Positions 54,801 to 64,000 of a stretch of DNA of 64,000 nucleotides are shown here, piece by piece. The notes under the pieces are model-generated. The model was not told the origin of the DNA and ran no database searches. It was given only the letters and a program-made list of their open reading frames with translations. The DNA lies in the NCBI GenBank assembly GCA_023213395.1, contig CM041465.1, positions 180,799,741 through 180,863,740 on the forward strand. The letters are read 5' to 3'. The position numbers and the translations under genes were made by a program. How positions within the stretch are numbered: position 1 is the first letter of the stretch; each line of letters opens with the position of its first letter. The DNA comes from Cycas panzhihuaensis (lineage: Eukaryota; Plantae; Cycadophyta).

Positions 54801-57800
54801 CATGCCCCAAGCCATCACACATTTAAAGAACACTTAAGAAAACACCCATTACTATTCTGATAAATAATGCCATTTCACTAAACTTCATTGATTTTTTTTA
54901 TCTAGGCAATTAAATATTTATATTATCCCAAAAACTAAATTTACATGTTCCATGTCTATTCATTATAAGCTTTATTATACTAGCACAATCAAGAACCTTA
55001 TCATTTAAATTGATACGTATAGTTTGGTCTCTAATTTTTATACCCTATCTATTAATAGATCATCAAATGTTATTCTTAAAGTCCAATCACTCCAAACTTT
55101 AGGTACATATAGCACAAATAACCACCAATCCATACATTCTATTTAAGAATCATATGGGACAAACCCACAAACTCCAAGGGATACAACCTCCCCCCTAATA
55201 AACTAATTTCACTAAACCAAATAAGGAAATAACTAAGCATCTAAGTGGGCTATATTATACACATAAATAACATCTAAGCCCTTATAGACATTCATCCAAA
55301 CACCTGACACATTCTTAATAAATATCAAACCATTTTTTCCCCCCTACTAGTTCATGCCCCACCAGGTCGTGGATGTTACCACACCATTGAGCTAAAAAAA
55401 CCCAATGACCCTATCAGTCTTCGACCATATAGAAATTCATATTTTCAATAGAATGAAATAGAAAAAATTACTAATGAACTAATGGAAATGGGGCTAATTC
55501 AACCTAGAAAAAGCCCACATAGTGCCCTTATTATGTTAGTTCAAAAAAGGATGGGTCATTTAGCCTTTATGTCGATTATTATAAACTTAATAAAATAACC
55601 ATTAAAAATAAGTTTAACACTCTAAGAATCGATGACATGTTAAACAAAATTTATACTTCCATAGTTTTTACCAAGTTGGATCTCCAGTTAGGATACTTTT
55701 AAATCCCCTTTGTACCTGAAGATTGGTATAAAACTACTTTTCAAATATGCCATGACCACTTTGAATCTTGTGTCATACCTTTTAGCTTATACAATACTTC
55801 AGCCATGTTTTAATTCCTAATGAATAACGTGTTTGTCCCATATCTTAAGAAATTTGTTATTGTTTTCTTTAATGATATTCTCATCTATAGCACAATAATA
55901 GACATTCATATTTTCCATTTAGAGACAGCCCTAAAAAAATTGACTAAACACCAATTATATGCCAATCTTTTCAAATGTGAGTTTAGTAAGTCCAAACTAT
56001 AATACCTTGGCCATATTATCTCTACCAAAGGTGTTTGGGTTGATCTTGACAAAATATTAATTATTACAAACAAGCCAACTCTAAAAATCCTTGCCTAACA
56101 GTGCACTTTCTTAGGGCTTACTAGATTCTATAAGTGGTTCATTTGGAATTATGCAACCTTGGAAGCACCATTGACTAACTTACTTTAGAAAGATTCCTTT
56201 AAATGGTCACTTATTGCTAACGATGCCTTTATTCATCTTAAAGAAGTCAAATCATAATTAAAATACAATGCATTAAGCTTTGGCTTGGGTGTAGTACTTA
56301 TGCAAAACATACACCTAATTACATTTGAAAACTAAAAACATAAAGATCATGAATATAGGTTATCAACCTGCTAAAAAGAAGTGGAGGTCATCTTCCATGC
56401 CATTAAGAAATGATGTCAATATCTCATTGGATCGGAAGTCACTATACTAACTTATCACCATAGCCTCTGTCACCTATTAGACCAACTAGTTCTATCAAAA
56501 TAACATGCTAAATAGGTTGAGTGCCTGCAAGTTTTTGACTTCACAATCACTTATAACAAAGGGCCAAGATAATGTAATCATAGATGCTCTTTCCTGTCTT
56601 CTAATCAATCCTTCCCTCATTCCTTCACAGGAATCCTCCATTCATGCTATCTTCTTACCCCATCCCACATGGGTACAAGAGCCCACTTAAGAAAACAAGT
56701 CCCATTTAGATTCTACCAAATGGGCTAACAAAGTTCATGCTCAAAAGTATTGGTCCATACAGAACAATCTTTTGTTCTATAAAAGTTGCATATTCATCCA
56801 CCCAACCTCCAACTTTATCCCTCAAATCTTATTAGAGTGCCATTCAACTCTATTAGAAGGCCATTCTATATTCAACAAAACTTAACAATAAATTTATTAT
56901 GCCTCCTTTGGTTGCACATGAAATCATCAATTCTAGCATTCATTTTAGAATTTGATGTATGTTAGTATAATAAAGCTGATACTAAAGCTCAAACAAGACT
57001 CTTACAACCACTCCATGTTTTACAAAGAAAATGGCAAGATATTGCCATGGACTTTATTATGTGTCTACCTCTATTTATCAAGTATGACTCCATACTAGTG
57101 GTCATCAATTGCTTAACTAAATGTACGTATTTTTTTCAATCTACGCTTCATATAAAGTAATGTGTATTATATATTTGTACCTCCAAATGATCTTTCACTT
57201 GTATGAATTTTTGTCAACCATCATATGCAATCAAGATCTAAAGTTCACTAGTTCCTTTTTGTAAGAGCTCTTTCGAGCCTTAGGCACATCGCTTAATATA
57301 AGTTCTGCCTATCACCATTAAACAAACAACCAATCAAAAGTTCTTAACAAAACACTAGAGACTTATTTACATTGTTATGCATATGAACACCAAGCAAGAT
57401 GGTCATCATGGGTAGCCCTTATAGAATACAAGTATAATTCCTCTCACTACTCAACCATAAGGGTGTCCCCATTCATGGCCCTTTATGGTTATCTGCCACT
57501 ATCCCACCATATGCTAGCCACCAACCTTTGCACAATGGCTATGCAATAAAAATTATAATACATTGACAAAATTTTAAATACTTTTAAGAAAAATTTAGCC
57601 ATAGGCTATAATTTAATGAAGTAATTAATGGACCACCACCAATAGGATCACTCTTTTGCCATCAATGATCTTATGTTCATATGTCTTCAACCATATAAGC
57701 AACAATCTCTTAAACATCATAGAAATCACAATCTTAGTCCTTACTATTATGGTCCTTGTAAAGTCCTCTAGCATGTTGGTGAAGTGGTTTATGCTTTTAA

Positions 57801-58470
57801 ACTCTCACCTAATACCAAGATTCACAATGTCTTCCATATTTCCTATCTCAAGAAATATCTTGGCAAGGGCACAACTCCACAAATAGTCCTATTAGTCTTG
57901 GATGAAAAGTAAGTTCTCATTGTTCCCTTAGAATGCATCTTAGCCAATAAGTAATATTATCTCTAAAATAAGATAACTTCTGAATATTTGGTATAGCGGA
58001 CTGACTGTGAACTAAATGAGGTAACTTGGAAATGAATTTATTTTAAGGACTTAGCATCTTTGGGGGGGGGGGGGTTATTACATGACTACATGTGGTAGTA
58101 GAACCAAGATAGTAGTACCTATAGTTAAGGAACTATGAGGTTAAGTGCTAGTTATGAACTTTTGTATGTGAGCCAATAAAGCAACCAATAAAATATAAGG
58201 TTGTTTGGCCCACGAGTAGGATTGTAGGGGAAAAACTCTCTTTTGTTTATTTAGGAGCTACATATTATAGAAAAATGTTGTTGTGTAATTATTTTCTCTT
58301 GTGAGATTGCTACTTCATTACTCTTTAGTTTTCTTTTATGTCCATTAGAACTTTTTTAGTGTACTTCACTTCTGTAATCAATTCCCAATATTAATATAAA
58401 TGTTACATTTCATACTTATCTTCCATTTTCATTTTCTATATGTGAGCAAAAGTTGGAAAGTCACATCCCA
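51831..58470 (+). mobile_element. Element L: degenerate Ty3/gypsy chromovirus (Reina-like) nested in J's leader
   Basis: LTRs 51831-52219 / 58076-58470; PBS TGGTATCAAAG 52222; PPT G13 58062-58074; TSD AAATA / TAATA; gag-PR-RT-RH-INT-chromodomain. Confidence 0.93.
53930..58045 (+). pseudogene. gypsy gag-pol of L with C-terminal chromodomain
   Basis: RPYR..NEIEK, LNKITIKNKF..RIDD, FVIVFFNDILIYS, LLQPL..WQDIAMDFI, YYGPCKV, IHNVFHISYLKK, SEYLV*RTD..LNEVTWK. Confidence 0.9.
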
Positions 58471-58602
58471 TAATACTTTAGATTTTCTGCAATAATTGTA
58501 TATATTTTCAATATTATAAGGCTATTATAGTGATTGTAAGCCTATAGAGGCATCTTTGAGAGCACATTCCTGCATTATAATTACATTTCAAGCACTCATT
58601 TT

Positions 58603-61600
58603 GATGGCATCTTCAAGAACTTCATTAATCATTTCTCATCTCAATGGAACAAACTACTTAGCTTGGTCTCATATGATGAAATACATTTTTATATTTAGGG
58701 GTTTATTGAACTTAGAAAAAAAATGGCTATCCTACATTAGGATAAAATAGTTTACTAGATGAAAATAAAGTGTTTGAAGATAATATTGCTAAGGATAATG
58801 AATCCCTATCTATCATCTTTAGTTCCTTAGAGGACCATATCTTTCCTAGAGTTAATGAAGCAGTAGCTTCTAAAGAAGCTTGGAGTAATATGAAAACAAC
58901 ATATGAAGGGGCTATTACAGCAAAATTATAAACTTTAAGGATCAATTTTGAAAATAGTAGGATGGCATACAATAAACTGGTCAATGACTTCATTATCAAG
59001 ATGCAAGAGTTAGTTAATTAAATGAGAGCTCTTGGAGAAGACATATTAGAACAATATGTCATTAAAAAAATGTTAACAAGTTCTAGTGGCAATAAGAAGT
59101 TCAAGATAGTAGCTACAAGCATCAAAGTAACAAGAGATTTGAGTAAAATAAAAACTAATAAACTTAGTTCCATCCTCTATAGTGTAGAGGAAAAGAAAAT
59201 GCTAATGAAACTTTGGAAGAGCAAGAGTTAGAGCACCAAGAGGAAAGGGAAAAGTATGATAAAGGCTAATCAAGTTGAAGAAGACAACAACATTATTCAA
59301 TAGGAAGAAATATTAGGGGATAAGCCTTTAGTTCAAGCTATCAAAATGTTGGAAGAGGAAGTAGTAGCCTAAGCCCAAATCTAAGAGGAAGAGGTACTTC
59401 TCATCCACCAAGAGGAAGAAGTCCAAGTTTAGGACTTAGAGGAAGAGGAGTTGGTCAAAGTATCACTTGTATCCATTACTACTAACTTAGCCATTTAAAG
59501 GATGATTATCACACTAAGTGAGCCTATTTAGAAAGAAGAGAAGATAATACAATTGTTGTCAATGAATAAAAGGAAGAAAGGTTATTCATCATTGAGAAAC
59601 AAAGGGCCAATGAAGAATAAACAACAAGTATAGAACCCAAGCAAGAACTAAAGATTGATGAAGAACTCAAGGAAGAGTTAAGGTCCATTAAAGAGACTAA
59701 ATAAGGGTAAAGATTATTTGCTTCAAGTCTTTTGACTCATCACGATGAAGACAATTGGTATATTGAATCAGGATGTTCTACTCCAATGGCATACAAAGAA
59801 GAAAACTTCAAAAGATTGCACAACACTTATACAAGTAAATCATCTTTGGTAACAACTATTCACCTGAAGCAAAAAGGAAAGGAAATGTTTGTATATAAGT
59901 TGGCAACTACATAGGAGATATACTTCATGTCCCTATACTAAGAAGGAATTTACTTTTAGTAGGATAAATCAAGCAATAATATAGAGTTGTGTTTGATACT
60001 AGTGAATGCATCATAATGGATAAAATCAAGAACTATGAAGTTGTGGCTAAGGGGAAGATGACTAAAGATAGACTTTTAAAGTTAATCATTCCATTAAATA
60101 ACCCTTATACCTTAAAAGTATCATATGAAGGTAGTAAAAATTGACACTATAGGTTCAGGGATGTGAACTATAATAGTCTTTCATTAATGCAAAGAAGATA
60201 GATGGTGATTAGATTTCCTTATGTAAAAGAAGAAAAAGAAATTTGTGAAAGTTGTGTTTTGAAAAAATAACATAGAGAAAGTTTTCTAGATGGAAGTAAG
60301 AGAGTAACTACACTTCTTTAGTTGATCCATATAGACTTATGCAGTCCCATGGAAATCTTATCTTTTAGAAAAGCAAAGTACTCTATGCCTTTTATTGATG
60401 ACTACTCAAGAACAACTTACGTATATTTTCTCAAAGAAAAATTTGAGTCCTTTAAAACATTTGTCAAATTTAGGGCCATGGTAGAAAGGTAGAGAAATTA
60501 ATTGATCTTATGTATAAGATACAATAATAGGGGAGAATTTATCTCCTACTAATTTAATGACTTTTGTTCCTATTTTGGGATAAGATAACAAGTTGCCAAC
60601 CTGTATGCTCCACAACAAAATGGAGTTGCTGAAAGAAAAAATTGGACAATTATTAAAATAGCCAAGTGTATGATAAAGATAAAGAAAATAACACTTTTTA
60701 GGTAGAATTTATTAGTATAGTTATTTATTTAATGAATAGATGTGCTACAAATGCAGTTAATGGAAAGACACCTATAAAGGCTTAGTCTGGTTATAAGCCC
60801 AATGTTGAATGCTTAAAAGTGTTTTGATGTATTGCTTATGCCCACATTCTTAACCAAAAGAAGACAAACCTAGAAGATAAAAGTGTTAAGTGCATATTTG
60901 TACAACTCTCTAGATTCAAGGCCATACAAATTATTTGATTATTTACCAAAATGACTTAAAAAAGTAGGAAGGAAAGAAAGCGATAGTTGAAGTTGGGACA
61001 AGTCCAAGTCATCAAACATCTTTACTAGATGTAAGTCCAACTTCCACATCAAGTTAAAGAGGTACTAGTTAGATATGTACATGAAGTCAAGGTGGCACAA
61101 GTTAGCCATCTATATCAAGTCAGGGCAACACAATCATTTTATTTTTAAATCAAGTACTTAAGTGGGTTAGAAGAAACCATGACCTACAAAGCATAATAGA
61201 CACAAATTTTGATAAAGGGATGACTAAGAGTATGCTAAACTTTGCCTTAATGACTCAAGTTATGAAGCTAAATGAGCCTCACACTTTTGAAGAGGCCAAC
61301 GGAAGGGATGAATGGAGAGAAGCAATAAAACAAGTGTATGAAGCCTTAGTGAGAGACAATATTTAGGATTTAGTAAACTTACCACTTCAAAAGAATGGGA
61401 TTGAAACCAAATGGATTTATAAAACCAACTATAGATTAGATAGGTAAATTGATAAACATAAACCTTGACTTGTTGCTAAAGGGTATTCTTAATAGGAATG
61501 AATTAATTTCAATGAAACATTTATATATGTTATAAGAATTAAAATAGTCATGTTAATCATTACCTTAGTTGCATAAAATAGATAGGTCATCCATCAAATA

Positions 61601-62795
61601 GATGTAAGAACTATCTTCCTTAATGGATTTATTAATAAAGAAATCTATGTTGAACAATTTAAAGGATTTGAAATTAAGGGTTAAGAAGATAAGGTTTACA
61701 TGTTAAAAAATGCATTATATAGACTTAAACAAGCTCTAAGAGATTGGTATTCAATAATTGATAGGTACTTCAAGGATAAAGGTTTCTTAAAAAGTCAATT
61801 AGACCCTAACTTGTATGTCAAGAAAGATGGAGATTCAATATTAATAGTTGGGTTCTATATCAGTGGCTTTGTCTACATTGGGAATAGTCAATAACTACTT
61901 GATTAACTCACATAGAGCATATATGGAGAACTTGAAATGTTGAATTTAAGTGAAATGCACTACTTCTTAGGAATTGAAGTCTAGTAAGAAGGGGACAACA
62001 TCTTTGTTTCACAAGGGAAATATACACTAAACATTCTACACTAGTTTAACATGGACCAATATAAATTAGTCTAAACACCTATAAAAGTTGGGATGAAGTT
62101 GTCGAAATTTGAGATTTCTGAATCTATTAATCCAACATTATATAAGTAATTGGTTGGAAATTTCATCTATTTTATAACAACTCAACTTGATATCACTTAT
62201 GTAGTAAGTTTAATATCCAAGTTTATGTCAAATCCCAAGATGATTGATTAGCTAACTACAAAACACATACTATGATACCTCAGTGGAACAGTTGGCTATG
62301 GGTTGAAATATAGGTCATCAAAAAATTTTAGGTTATTTCTCTATACAAATTCTAACTAGGCAGGATCCATTGAAGATATAAAGTTGATATCAGGATACAC
62401 CTTTAGTCTAGGTTCTGCTATGGTTACTTGGTGTTCTACGAAACAGCCTACAACTTCACTATTGATAGTAAAAGTAGAATTATAAAGCTCTAGTTTCATA
62501 TGCATGTGAAATAGTTTGGCTTCAAAGGGTTCTAAAAGATTTACAAGAAAAGCAAGAGGGACCCACTCAAATACTTTGTGACAATCAAAGCATAATACAA
62601 ATGACTAAGAACCCAATATTTCATGGAAGAACCAAATATGTTGAAACCGAACATCACTTTATTATAGAATTAATACATCAAGAGAAGATCAATTTGTTAT
62701 ATTACAGAATTAATGATCATATCACAAATACATTCACTAAGGCACTTTCAAAGGTAAAGTTTCACAAATTCAAAGAAAAGCTTGGGATCTTCTCT
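58603..62795 (+). pseudogene. copia gag-pol of J
   Basis: LNGTNYLAWS; WYIESGCS; PQQNGVAERKN; ALYRLKQALRDWYS; KNPIFHGRTKYVETEHHFI. Confidence 0.93.
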
Positions 62796-62816
62796 AATGT
62801 GCATATGGAGAAAAAA

Positions 62817-63050
62817 TGTTGGATAATGCACATTAAGATTAAGTTCACTAATATTTAAAGTGATTTGATTAACTCATTGTTACTGTTATGTGGACCAACT
62901 AGGGAGCTCCTCACTTGAGTCAAGCCCTTTATTTATTTGATGGGCCTTAAGCCTAGTGTTTATGAACACTACTATTGATATTTGAAATATGCTAACCATT
63001 TGCCTATGCATGTCCTCATTTTGATTATATGTTGCCCTCCACATCCTTCA
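62817..63050 (+). repeat. 3' LTR of J (5' part only)
   Basis: TGTTGG after eroded PPT GGAGAAAAAA; homology to the 5' LTR stops ~63050. Confidence 0.85.
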
Positions 63051-64000
63051 CTAAAGGCATGGTGCCCCATAAGTTGGTTAATCATAATTATATATTTCAA
63101 AGTTAATAAACCTAAGCACCCATTATATCCTAGCAAATATTACATGATAACTATAGTTAACTCGCCTATGAAAGCAAGTATGGGATTAGATGAAGTGCAT
63201 CATCTAAAAAGTGGGTTCAACAATGATTTGTTCACCATGACCCTCATAGAAACCATCATATGAAATGACACCCACCACCCAAAAAAAAAAACATAAACAA
63301 ACTATAAAGCAAAAAAAATAAAGAAATAAAATACATTATCTATCTAAAAAAAGAGATAAATAAAACGAACAAAAGCAAAAATATTTATATATAGTTGTAC
63401 ATAAGTACTATTACACATTCTAGGCACCTGCGGCAAATCATGTGTTTGCTTTATCTCCACTTGTAATATGCAGTTTAGTTCTAATAATGTGCATCATTCA
63501 AAACCTTCAAATCTAATTGTTAGGGTCCACCATGGCCTCAATTAAAACCAAAACATGTTCAACATTAGGAGATTAAAATAAACAACTTTAGGAACATAGT
63601 CAAAGTGATAAAAGCCACCTATGGGGCCTAACTCCTAAATGAATTGACAATCGACATTGAGCCCACAATCTTAAAATCCATCCCAACTATTTAATTCTTG
63701 TACCATTCCCTATATTTTTTAAAATATTTTTAAGAAACCATTACATTTCCCATGGCATTGATAATTCTTATCAATGGAGGAAGTCTTGGAAACCCTAGAC
63801 CTTATACTACTACGCATGACTAAGCAAGCCACATTCTAACAAGTATCGGAATCATCATTCCAATAATGACCAATAATATAATTGAATATATTATAGTTAT
63901 AAAAGCCCTAATTGATGCATTACAAGTTCACTCAAGCCTTATTTTCTTATTTTCTGTCTTATAGTTATAGTTGTTTACTAGCTCACATAGGTTTACTAAT

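Larger units (their letters stand above)
24662..63050 (+). mobile_element. Element J: old Ty1/copia expanded to >38 kb by nested E and L; 3' LTR truncated or interrupted
   Basis: 24662-24840 joined to 50526 onward reconstructs the LTR seen at 62817-63050 (GGATAAT.CACATTAAGATTAAG, CTCACTTGAGTCAAGCCCTTT, TATGCATG.CCTCATTTTGA); copia gag-pol at 58603-62795. Confidence 0.87.

Overview
AT-rich, CpG/CHG-depleted plant heterochromatin made almost entirely of old, nested LTR retrotransposons. No host gene, RNA gene or intact ORF is visible: the recognisable ORFs in the track are gag/pol fragments and the rest look spurious. The lineages and age profile suggest a large gymnosperm-type genome (inference). 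From LTR pairs, PBS/PPT and target-site duplications (TSDs) I reconstruct 12 elements, named A-L here. Left block: Tat-type gypsy B (7914-22690, with an archaeal-type RNase H between protease and RT) carries copia C (10913-16278, TSD TATAG). Copia A (919-7913, duplicated gag, no TSD) abuts B's truncated 5' LTR, and an older gypsy remnant D follows B. Right block: copia J (24662 to >63050) has its 5' LTR split by a 25.7-kb gag-only gypsy-type element E (24841-50520, TSD CTTGT/CTTAT). E contains a fused copia F/G, a deleted copia K and copia H (34434-47217, TSD ATTGT), and H contains copia I (35177-40255). J also holds chromovirus L (51831-58470). I found no convincing new biological system. The best leads are the gag-only giant-LTR element E, the PR-aRH-RT order and possible extra ORF of B, a conserved double polypurine tract in A and K, a young 216-bp duplication around an LTR-end fragment, and several deletion or recombination scars. 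Coordinates were read by eye and no database search was run.
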